From: a virus
Lineage: Duplodnaviria > Caudoviricetes
IMG/VR virus record: IMGVR_UViG_3300037524_000021
Location: 1 to 38,364 of that record
DNA: 38,364 nt
Reading direction: 5' to 3' (one strand)
In this document: positions 6,779 through 14,270 of the stretch, one piece after another
How the letters are laid out: every line of letters starts with the position of its first letter
Position numbering within the stretch: position 1 is the first letter of the stretch
The notes under the pieces: model-generated
Databases searched by the model: none
The model's input: the letters and a program-made list of their open reading frames with translations, nothing else
Told to the model about the DNA's origin: nothing
Translations under genes and position numbers: made by a program

Positions 6779-6843
6779 TGATGGTTATGTTTTTGATTAA
6801 CGGGGATTCTTTGCATAGATAACCGTTAACCTCCGACCCATCA
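6779..6843 (-). ncRNA. Y-RNA-like unit C
   Basis: P1 TGATGG/CCATCA; CGGA / AAAAACAT loop; P2 GGTTAACGG/CCGTTAATC; TTATCT motif. Confidence 0.65.
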
Positions 6844-6844
6844 G

Positions 6845-6916
6845 AGCCACATGTAGGAATCGAACCCACAGCCAACGCATTACAAGTGCGCCGTTCTACC
6901 ATTGAACTAATGTGGC
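6845..6916 (-). tRNA. tRNA-Thr(UGU)
   Basis: GCCACAT/ATGTGGC; GCGCA-CTTGTAA-TGCGT; T loop TTCGATT. Confidence 0.95.
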
Positions 6917-6917
6917 G

Positions 6918-6985
6918 TGGAGTCGGAGGGTATCGCGCCCTCTAGGAATGATTGCAAATCACTCCGCTGCACTTGCAGCGACCCC
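6918..6985 (-). tRNA. tRNA-Ala(UGC), compact D arm
   Basis: GGGGTCG/CGACTCC with the G3:U70 Ala determinant; AGTGA-TTTGCAA-TCATT; T loop CGCGATA. Confidence 0.85.
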
Positions 6986-7408
6986 GTAGTGAACTGAAAC
7001 GTCTTTAGCATACTTACCACTTGATCTAAGATGAGTTCTGTTTCTATGACAGTTGGCGCATACTACTTCGCATTTTTCAATCTCTTCTAATACAGACTGC
7101 ATATTCATTCCCAACTGCCAACTTTGACCAAGACCAAACTTCTTCTCGCCTCTTACATGGTCAAAGTCTAGCATCCAATATGGATAATCCTCTCCACAGT
7201 CCATGCACCCACTTTTCTGCTTGTATTCTTGTAGGTAGTTTAAGATTTTTCTTCTACCACCACGTACCCTGGCCGCGTTCTTTTCACGCTGTCCTTCTCC
7301 AAGGTAGTACGATATAGTACCTTTAGAACATCCTAGTTCATTTGCGATCTGTGAGTATGTATACCCCAGACTTCTCAGTCTCACTATTGAGTTGTGTAGT
7401 TCAGTCAT
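6959..7408 (-). CDS. HTH-HNH endonuclease
   Basis: N-terminal HTH YSQIANELGCSKGTISYYL; CMDCG...LDFDHVRG...KCEVVCANCH. ATG 7408 lies 7 nt after TATAAT. Confidence 0.9.
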   Translation of the reverse strand: MTELHNSIVRLRSLGYTYSQIANELGCSKGTISYYLGEGQREKNAARVRGGRRKILNYLQEYKQKSGCMDCGEDYPYWMLDFDHVRGEKKFGLGQSWQLGMNMQSVLEEIEKCEVVCANCHRNRTHLRSSGKYAKDVSVHYGVAASAAE

Positions 7409-7434
7409 GTTCAATATTATACCACATATTGAAC
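7409..7434 (-). promoter_or_regulatory. Extended -10 promoter inside a 9-bp inverted repeat (candidate operator)
   Basis: GTTCAATAT-GTGGTATA-ATATTGAAC, containing TGTGG-TATAAT. Confidence 0.65.
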
Positions 7435-7453
7435 TGTGCTTCGCTGATACCTA

Positions 7454-7482
7454 AGTGTAGCACACCTGTATTGAGTTGTCAA
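7454..7482 (-). promoter_or_regulatory. Sigma70/SigA-type promoter for tRNA array 2
   Basis: TTGACA-17 nt-TACACT with TGTGC extension. Confidence 0.8.
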
Positions 7483-7486
7483 GTAG

Positions 7487-7557
7487 AGAGGGATGCGGGA
7501 TTTGCACCCGCGTAAGAAGGGTTGCAGCCAACTGCCTAACTACTCGGCCAATCCCTC
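7487..7557 (-). tRNA. tRNA-Cys(GCA)
   Basis: GAGGGAT/ATCCCTC; loop CT-GCA-AC; U73; two U-U mismatches in the anticodon stem; T loop TGCAAAT. Confidence 0.85.
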
Positions 7558-7566
7558 TCCACCATG

Positions 7567-8235
7567 TTACCACGGAACGCTAGATTCCGCAACCTCATCC
7601 TTTTCGGAGTCAGTATTGGAGTTCACCGCCAGGTAGAATGTCTCCTGATCGGCATAGGGCACCTGACGCAGTGCGGCCTCTAGATTAGGCACCTCTACGC
7701 CGCTCCAATCAAACGGAACAGCATCCGGTGCTGTAGGAATGAGGGTCCATGTAGTATCGGTACCCTCGCCAGTGCGCTTCAAGCGCCACTTGAGATTACT
7801 GATGCTGCCAGTATCAATTGCATACTCGCGGATCATTTCGAAGGTAGTGCTACGACGCACACCCATTGACCATGTTGCTACGAACGGCTCGTCATTGCCG
7901 TTGTCTACCAACACATTGATGTAGAAGCGTGGCTTACGATACCAACCCTTCTGCTGGCGCTGGTTCATTTCACAACCGAAGCAGCGGCCTTCAGATTCCA
8001 TCGTGCATACAGCCTTACGACGGAAATCCTTAGGGTTGGTGTGTTCATACGCTACGAGAGCGAGGCCACGTGATGAATCATAATGAGGTGAATCCTCATC
8101 GAGTTCGTTTACAAAACGAACGTTAACTGTCTGACCTGGGGCTACCTTGAGCCACCGCGTCTTGGGGGCAGTTGATGTATCTCCTTCGTCAACCAACTTG
8201 CCAATGTCCTTTAATCCTGTAATAAATGTACTCAT
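7567..8235 (-). CDS. Phage single-stranded DNA-binding protein (gp32-like fold)
   Basis: W-L-K...VRF, H...C...CFGC, RFYINV, LKRTGEGTDTTW, acidic tail ending in PW; lies next to primase and helicase. Confidence 0.8.
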   Translation of the reverse strand: MSTFITGLKDIGKLVDEGDTSTAPKTRWLKVAPGQTVNVRFVNELDEDSPHYDSSRGLALVAYEHTNPKDFRRKAVCTMESEGRCFGCEMNQRQQKGWYRKPRFYINVLVDNGNDEPFVATWSMGVRRSTTFEMIREYAIDTGSISNLKWRLKRTGEGTDTTWTLIPTAPDAVPFDWSGVEVPNLEAALRQVPYADQETFYLAVNSNTDSEKDEVAESSVPW

Positions 8236-8280
8236 ATCTTCTCCTTGTTATCGTCCGGTGTTAATCCGGTGTCTCATCAA

Positions 8281-8493
8281 TTATACCATGCGGTAGCCGC
8301 GCTTATCAAACTCTGACAAGATCATGCGCTTTAATGTTATAGGATTGTCACCATCTGTATTCTTATCAGACTGTAACCAATCAAAGTAGTTTTGAGATAC
8401 TGTAGTTGCAACTACTTCTATAAGATTGTCGTCTTTGATTCCGTATGCTACTGCTATTGCAATAACTGCCGCGTCCGTACCAGTCTTACACAT
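8281..8493 (-). CDS. Hypothetical protein
   Basis: 70 aa; overlaps the primase stop; co-oriented. Confidence 0.6.
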   Translation of the reverse strand: MCKTGTDAAVIAIAVAYGIKDDNLIEVVATTVSQNYFDWLQSDKNTDGDNPITLKRMILSEFDKRGYRMV

Positions 8494-9394
8494 GAACGCC
8501 AGCCAGCGGATTAGACCTATCTAGCAACTTAACAATCCCTTCATCAGTGAGATTACCAATATCGTTGTACCCTTCCGGTACTGGTATAAGTGTAGCACCC
8601 TTTCGCATCATTATCAAAGCCATCTTCCTGCCAGCGTCATCACGATCTGGTACCACATATACCTCTGGGAAGTACTTAAAGACGATCTCCATTTGTTCTT
8701 TAGTAATGCCTGATCCATATGAGGATACCGCCGGTATGCCCAACTGGTGACACCTGATTACGTCCATCGGAGACTCCAACACATATACATATGGCGACGA
8801 CCTTACACGATGAAGATTGAATAGCAGATGGCGCTTTGGTAAGTCAGTAGAGTTAATAAACTGCTTACCATCAATGCTGCGGGCTTGGAACCCAACAAGC
8901 ATACCAGTAGGAGAATGTGCAGGTACTATGACCATATCATGTATTTGGGAATATCCTAATTCAAATTCTTCAAACGCATGTATACCCCTACTGGTGAAGT
9001 ATTCTCGCGCCCTGTCATTAAGAGATTCATGAAGTCTGGTTACCAGTTCTTGATCAAACTGCTCGTATACTGGCTTCACTTCCATTTTTTGCAGTGCGGC
9101 ATCAAGGTCTATCTTTGGTGCCCCGATGATTCTCATTGACTCAAAGTAAGACTTACCAGTTACTTTCATTATTAAATCTTCAAGGCTAGCGGCGGTACGA
9201 CAACTGAAGCAGTAAAACAGTCCTGTGTCCTTAGACACCTCGCCTGCTGGTGTACGGAAGTTGTTATGATATGGACAGAATATAATGTAGTCAGATGGTA
9301 CTTCAGATACGATATCTATTCCTGCGGCTGCAAGGACTGAGGCAACGTGGCCTTCATCATATGTGCTTTGCTGCCGTCTAGATACTCTATGCAC
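8486..9394 (-). CDS. DNA primase (CHC2 zinc finger + TOPRIM)
   Basis: CPYH...CFSC; ESPMD; PDRDDAG; YNDIG. Confidence 0.93.
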   Translation of the reverse strand: MHRVSRRQQSTYDEGHVASVLAAAGIDIVSEVPSDYIIFCPYHNNFRTPAGEVSKDTGLFYCFSCRTAASLEDLIMKVTGKSYFESMRIIGAPKIDLDAALQKMEVKPVYEQFDQELVTRLHESLNDRAREYFTSRGIHAFEEFELGYSQIHDMVIVPAHSPTGMLVGFQARSIDGKQFINSTDLPKRHLLFNLHRVRSSPYVYVLESPMDVIRCHQLGIPAVSSYGSGITKEQMEIVFKYFPEVYVVPDRDDAGRKMALIMMRKGATLIPVPEGYNDIGNLTDEGIVKLLDRSNPLAGVHV

Positions 9395-9627
9395 TGTGAT
9401 TTCTTTCTTCCTACGTATGTGCCATAAACACTTAATTGAAACTCATATGCCTTACCAGTATAACTTATGGTGAAGTCTGGAATAATGTCTATTCTTACAA
9501 CATACCCGCGCTCTCTCATTGAGGCCGTGAGCATTCTGATGTATTCAGTTTTGAATCTAGGAATAGCATCATCTGTGTGTATCACACCTGAAACATGAAA
9601 CCTTTTTACATGACGGTGATGATACAT
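9316..9627 (-). CDS. Hypothetical protein
   Basis: 103 aa; ATG lies 6 nt after TACAAT (leaderless). Confidence 0.75.
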   Translation of the reverse strand: MYHHRHVKRFHVSGVIHTDDAIPRFKTEYIRMLTASMRERGYVVRIDIIPDFTISYTGKAYEFQLSVYGTYVGRKKSQCIEYLDGSKAHMMKATLPQSLQPQE

Positions 9628-9653
9628 ATACTTATTGTACTATTCTTTTGTAG

Positions 9654-9720
9654 GTGGGTGGTGGCTACTTAGAGGTGTCAAGGAAAGGGTTCACCACCAC
9701 CCACTGCCACCGAACGTAGC
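9654..9720 (-). ncRNA. Candidate small RNA with 11-bp stem and CU-rich loop
   Basis: TGTGG-TACACT promoter at 9727-9737, then GTGGGTGGTGG/CCACCACCCAC enclosing CCCTTTCCTT. Confidence 0.45.
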
Positions 9721-9744
9721 ACATCTAGTGTACCACATTCGTCC

Positions 9745-10965
9745 TCAATTTTCAAACTCAGTGAAGTTCTTGAAGATAAAACTACCGTGATCAAAGTCTA
9801 CTTCTAACAAGAAGTCTGGTAGCATCCCTTCACGATTCTTACGACCTACCACTGTCACAATATCCGATGTGAGTTCCCGGCCCATAGACAATACCCAATC
9901 CGCGTCATAAGCAATCTGTCGTGACCATGCTGTCTGTCCCAGGGTAGGCGGCTCACTCATATCAGAAGCATCTGTAGGAGTCGCACTACTGATAGCGATA
10001 ATAGGTACCTTCTCAGCCATTGCAGTTAGTTTGAACTCACGGCTCAGATTCTTCATCTTGACAACTTCACTGTCACCACCGCCGCTGGGAGTCATCAACT
10101 GCATATAATCAATCAATACCACATCTGGTTTATACTGATTGATCTTAGCACGTACTACTTCAGGTGTGACCTCACCACCAATAGAATCCGTACTGATAAT
10201 CCTGAATGGGTGCTTACCCTCAAATACCTTGCGATGCCAGGACTCAAACTCATCGATATCAACGTCACCACTTGACAGTTTACGCAGACTCCATCGTGTA
10301 TTACCAAGAATGGTATAGAGTCTATTACGTACTTCAGTTTCAGTCATCTCCAAAGAGATCACCATTGGCGAGTACCCCTGTAACCAAGCCTGAGCCATGA
10401 GGTATAGAGAGATATATGACTTTCCTACAGCGGGATATGCTAGCACAACTCCAAACTGCCCGCCCCTGATTCCTGCTGGGAAGCACATATCCAATCCTAA
10501 TAGATTGGTCTTAATGCCATGGGATTTGCTACGATTGTCAATCAACTCTCTCACATAAGCCACGGCTGAGTCTGTGTCCACCGCATCAATGTCCTTAACT
10601 ACATTAACCTCTGTATTAAGGTTTCGAATGCCGTCTAGTAATACCTCCATAGACTTGCGCTGTTCGCCCTCAGAAACCAACTCTGCACCGTGGCGAATGA
10701 TGTTCCTCAACTCTCTGTCAAGGTACTCGGCCTTCAGTTCATCGAGGTGGTATTTGGTAGCACCTACGTTTTTCTCAGGTATGAAGTCGGGGAACTTGTC
10801 AATGATCAAAGTGAGCGGAGGTACTGTTTCATTCTCAGCATAGTACTGCTTGATAAATTCCCATATGTCCTTATGCGTAACAATTACATTGTCTGCCGAC
10901 CCCTGTAGCAGATGATGTATCTGCTTGTCATGAAGGACGGCAGTGATTAACTTGCTTTCACTCAC
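9745..10965 (-). CDS. dnaB: Replicative DNA helicase
   Basis: Walker A AYPAVGKS, SLEM, IDYMQLM, QIAYDAD, KNREG. Confidence 0.95.
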   Translation of the reverse strand: MSESKLITAVLHDKQIHHLLQGSADNVIVTHKDIWEFIKQYYAENETVPPLTLIIDKFPDFIPEKNVGATKYHLDELKAEYLDRELRNIIRHGAELVSEGEQRKSMEVLLDGIRNLNTEVNVVKDIDAVDTDSAVAYVRELIDNRSKSHGIKTNLLGLDMCFPAGIRGGQFGVVLAYPAVGKSYISLYLMAQAWLQGYSPMVISLEMTETEVRNRLYTILGNTRWSLRKLSSGDVDIDEFESWHRKVFEGKHPFRIISTDSIGGEVTPEVVRAKINQYKPDVVLIDYMQLMTPSGGGDSEVVKMKNLSREFKLTAMAEKVPIIAISSATPTDASDMSEPPTLGQTAWSRQIAYDADWVLSMGRELTSDIVTVVGRKNREGMLPDFLLEVDFDHGSFIFKNFTEFEN

Positions 10966-11245
10966 TGATCCACCTCTTCAATCGCTCAAGATTAGTACGT
11001 CTGGTAATGCGGTCTGCGGAGAGATCGTTCATTGCCTTACGATAATCATCAAAGTTGTACACAAACTTCTTCCAAGAGGGGTCTTGAGTTACCTTAGCAA
11101 AGTAGTCAATAACCTTCTTGATCTCGTCATAACTGTATGACTCCAATAGGTTGTCGGCATCCCACTGATACCTTGCCTTGTTACCTATCATAAAGTACTT
11201 CTCAAAATATGTAAGCACTGCGTATCGCATCTTACGTTCAGCCAT
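10958..11245 (-). CDS. Hypothetical protein (possible helicase loader, by position)
   Basis: 95 aa, coupled to dnaB. Confidence 0.7.
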   Translation of the reverse strand: MAERKMRYAVLTYFEKYFMIGNKARYQWDADNLLESYSYDEIKKVIDYFAKVTQDPSWKKFVYNFDDYRKAMNDLSADRITRRTNLERLKRWISE

Positions 11246-11423
11246 AATCCACCATGTTCGTCAACCATCCTTTACCATGCGCCCAGCGCACAGCGCCGAA
11301 CGCCTCATTCATGTTCATCGTACCACACCCCCAGCGTGTAGAGAACTTAGCAAACCCTAACATGCTGTAGATTTTAACTTGCTTTAATCCTTTAGGTGTG
11401 TACGCATAGATATAACAGTACAC
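11238..11423 (-). CDS. Hypothetical protein
   Basis: 61 aa; fills the gap in the operon. Confidence 0.5.
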   Translation of the reverse strand: MYCYIYAYTPKGLKQVKIYSMLGFAKFSTRWGCGTMNMNEAFGAVRWAHGKGWLTNMVDYG

Positions 11424-11432
11424 ATTATTATT

Positions 11433-11705
11433 TTACTCGTCTTTCCAAGCGGCCTTGGCTTCCTTGACCTTCTTGGTTAGTTCCTTTTCAACAAAGCGAT
11501 ATACACGCTCTGACATATCCTGAACACTCTCGCCGTCGCGGCGGTGATCCTTGACACTTACGTCCAGTCGCAATGACTGGAAGTTACCAAGGTTGTGCGT
11601 ATAACCGATGCTCCATGTGACCTCAGTAGGAGTTTCTACTGACGCTACCATAGGCAGTTCTACGTATTCTTTCATTTTCATCCAATCTAGATAGTTTCTT
11701 CCCAA
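11433..11705 (-). CDS. Hypothetical protein
   Basis: Contains GYTHNLGNFQSLRLD, a motif typical of a conserved small phage protein. Confidence 0.75.
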   Translation of the reverse strand: MGRNYLDWMKMKEYVELPMVASVETPTEVTWSIGYTHNLGNFQSLRLDVSVKDHRRDGESVQDMSERVYRFVEKELTKKVKEAKAAWKDE

Positions 11706-12232
11706 ATGGGCACGAATCTTCCGTCACCCAACTTAGTGTACATTAGCATACCACGGCCCATCCGTGCGGTCAACTCCTGCACACTTGGAATGGCTGCCCG
11801 CTGGTTATCGAGGCCGTCCTTACGCTTCTGTCTACGTTCTACCATAATGTCACGTATCTCGTACACATCTTTTTCTGTATAGTAGCCATGCTTGAATCTC
11901 TGCGGCAAGCCGTCTGGTGTAGGATAGAGCGGGGTCTTGAATGTACCATACCATATCTCTTTACGCAACCATGTAAAGTGTCTATTAAGAAGATCAGCAA
12001 CTCTACGCACGGTATAGATGTTTTCCCTACGCTTTACAAAGTCTGTCCACAACATATTTACTTTAGTATTGGTATGTACATTAACAAGCGTAACTAGATT
12101 ACGTGCTCGATCTCTAGAGTAATATCTATACAACTTACCATCTATTACCCACATCTTTAAAAGAGGCTTAACAACGTCTGATGAATTATAAATCTCAAGG
12201 TCAGTCATCGGTCTAGTACCATGCGTTGCCAC
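11687..12232 (-). CDS. Putative DNA-binding protein (MerR-like HTH)
   Basis: YTVRRVADLLNRHFTWLRK...G...P...YYTEKDV pattern. Confidence 0.65.
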   Translation of the reverse strand: MATHGTRPMTDLEIYNSSDVVKPLLKMWVIDGKLYRYYSRDRARNLVTLVNVHTNTKVNMLWTDFVKRRENIYTVRRVADLLNRHFTWLRKEIWYGTFKTPLYPTPDGLPQRFKHGYYTEKDVYEIRDIMVERRQKRKDGLDNQRAAIPSVQELTARMGRGMLMYTKLGDGRFVPIWEETI

Positions 12233-12912
12233 TGAGCCTCCTGTTCATCATACCATTTCTCACGGTGTTTATTAATGATTTCATCATCAACCTCGTCTTG
12301 TTTGAGATCGTTACACAACAGATGCGCGGGAGCAACATTGTCCCACGTATGCGTACCGCCTCTACTCAATGGTATCACATGCTCCAACGTCGCGCAACCT
12401 GGGTCAGGCCACTTGACAGTCTTATCTATCTCTTCATCACAGATGATGCAAGTCCAGTCATAGAACTCAAACACATCGTACTTGTCAATCAAGTCACCGT
12501 TCTTTGTATACTGATGACGCTTAGGATTGATTGGCTTGTGCAATCCATTTGGTAGAACTTCAGCGGCTTCACCGATATCTATAAGTCTACAGTTATAACT
12601 ACAGTACAGTCCATATCCAAACGCCCTCGGTCTGATAACGGTCTTACTACATACTGTACAGTCATATTCAACTGAGAATGCTGGGCACTTACTACCACAG
12701 ACTCGCTTACGGCTACGCTTAGATGCCATGAACGCCATTCCGCATGCCTCGCATGTTCTAGGAGACAGGCTTAACATACACTTACGAGAACAGTACTTGC
12801 GCCCACGTTTATTCTGTGAAGGATAGATGTAGTACTGTCGTTGACAGCCCACACATATTCTACAGACCTTGCCTTCTTTTTTAGAAGGTTTTAGTTTATC
12901 CCGTGGGGGCAT
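12205..12912 (-). CDS. HNH endonuclease with repeated Cys zinc ribbons
   Basis: Three CxxC...CSxxC units; CIIC...TLEHVIPLSRGGTHTWDNVAPAHLLCN. Confidence 0.92.
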   Translation of the reverse strand: MPPRDKLKPSKKEGKVCRICVGCQRQYYIYPSQNKRGRKYCSRKCMLSLSPRTCEACGMAFMASKRSRKRVCGSKCPAFSVEYDCTVCSKTVIRPRAFGYGLYCSYNCRLIDIGEAAEVLPNGLHKPINPKRHQYTKNGDLIDKYDVFEFYDWTCIICDEEIDKTVKWPDPGCATLEHVIPLSRGGTHTWDNVAPAHLLCNDLKQDEVDDEIINKHREKWYDEQEAQWQRMVLDR

Positions 12913-12915
12913 TCA

Positions 12916-13446
12916 TTATCCAATCTGAGGCGGTGATGTATAGAACTGGTTAGTTCTTTGGTTAGTAGTCGATCCACTAGCACTTGGCACACCTATTGCT
13001 ATCGCACTCAATCCAATAGTAGTGTTAGCAGTAACAGCAGTTTTAAAGTATAGATATCCATTGATCGCACTTGTTGTAATACTTGTAATAACAGCCTGCA
13101 CCGCAACCTTTGCAGATGTTGGATTAATAACAATTGGAGTCACAGTAGCCACTGGTGCTGATGCAAAGTTGTTCAACGCAATTGAAAAAGTCACTGTCGA
13201 ATCAACAGCGTAGTCGGCTTGATTAATAGACTTTGCTTCAGCATGAATTCTCGTTTCAGATGTTTTTAATACTTTCGCACCCGAAGCATCAAACAGTCCT
13301 GTATTAATCGTTGCTTGCTGATATGGCGAAGCGTTTGCAGCAGCAATCAAACGGTCTATTTTTTCATTAAGATCGTTAAGCCACTTTACATCTACTGGTG
13401 CGCCTCTATCTAAGTTTCCCATAGTTCCTCCTAAATTACCTGCCAT
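12916..13446 (-). CDS. Putative minor tail / fibre-associated protein
   Basis: Last gene of the tail operon; Thr/Ala-rich beta-type C-terminus. Confidence 0.55.
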   Translation of the reverse strand: MAGNLGGTMGNLDRGAPVDVKWLNDLNEKIDRLIAAANASPYQQATINTGLFDASGAKVLKTSETRIHAEAKSINQADYAVDSTVTFSIALNNFASAPVATVTPIVINPTSAKVAVQAVITSITTSAINGYLYFKTAVTANTTIGLSAIAIGVPSASGSTTNQRTNQFYTSPPQIG

Positions 13447-14270
13447 CTGCGCGGGCAGAATAATGCAATATCTTGTAATGTACTTCTTTGTCTCATATAC
13501 TTATCCCAAGGGTCTGTTCCAGTTGCTTGAGAATAATAAGGGCTCCACGGCAAGTACCCTCGTGTTGTACTCGATGGGAACGCCTCGCCTATCTTTGTTG
13601 GCGATGGTGAGAGAGTTGGTACCCATCTATAATTATACTTGTTTGGTTTAATAGATGTGTTATCTGTAATCAATATTTGAAAATACTTGTTGGTAAAGTC
13701 TGATGATCGCGGAATTGCAGTTGTGAACGATGATGCTTGATATGTACCGATCTTAATCCATTCACTAGGTACATAATCAGTTCCTGTTTTTTGATCATAT
13801 CCTGTTGGTATGTCGCCGGTTACACTATTAATAAACATCGTATCTGGCATCCACCGGAACCATACATTTACGCCAGTTACCGCATACTTCGGGTCTTCGA
13901 TCAAGTTGATATTCACAGCAGATACAAATTCTTTATTTGTTGACTGATGATAAACTGTACTCGTCTGTCCAAGGTCAAGCGTTGCTAACTGTCCCGTTAG
14001 CATAGATGTGCTCCATGGGGTACCACTTGATGCATAAGTATCTACCTGATAGTCTGGTAACCATACCGGACTCCATGGGCCTTTCCATCCTGCCTGCGTT
14101 GTGATGCGCGTCCTCATAATGTATTTATTACCAGTAACAGTCGGATCATTAATCGGATCGACAACAACGATCTCATCACTATCAAAATCAATTGTCTCTC
14201 CTGTTGCTGATTGAGGGTACAGCGGTACAGTACGTGGATCAAATATTTTCTTAGACAACCTGCACCTCAA
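13431..14270 (-). CDS. Putative minor tail protein
   Basis: Position in the tail operon; GPWS fibronectin-like motif. Confidence 0.55.
   Translation of the reverse strand: MRCRLSKKIFDPRTVPLYPQSATGETIDFDSDEIVVVDPINDPTVTGNKYIMRTRITTQAGWKGPWSPVWLPDYQVDTYASSGTPWSTSMLTGQLATLDLGQTSTVYHQSTNKEFVSAVNINLIEDPKYAVTGVNVWFRWMPDTMFINSVTGDIPTGYDQKTGTDYVPSEWIKIGTYQASSFTTAIPRSSDFTNKYFQILITDNTSIKPNKYNYRWVPTLSPSPTKIGEAFPSSTTRGYLPWSPYYSQATGTDPWDKYMRQRSTLQDIALFCPRRWQVI

Noticed and set aside
6577-6843. CRISPR-like repeat/spacer array
   Set aside because: Conserved parts are short, split loop motifs with covarying stems rather than identical repeats; unit lengths vary and no cas genes are present.
6045-7408. HNH genes as group I intron ORFs splitting tRNAs
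   Set aside because: The flanking tRNAs (Pro, His, Thr, Ala, Cys) are each contiguous, and there is no room for an intron core.
9677-9682. TTGACA inside the 9654-9704 hairpin (and at 1141/1210) as -35 boxes
   Set aside because: No -10 element at 16-18 nt spacing.
2340-10965. Inteins in DnaE or DnaB
   Set aside because: Both proteins have normal lengths and no intein terminal motifs.
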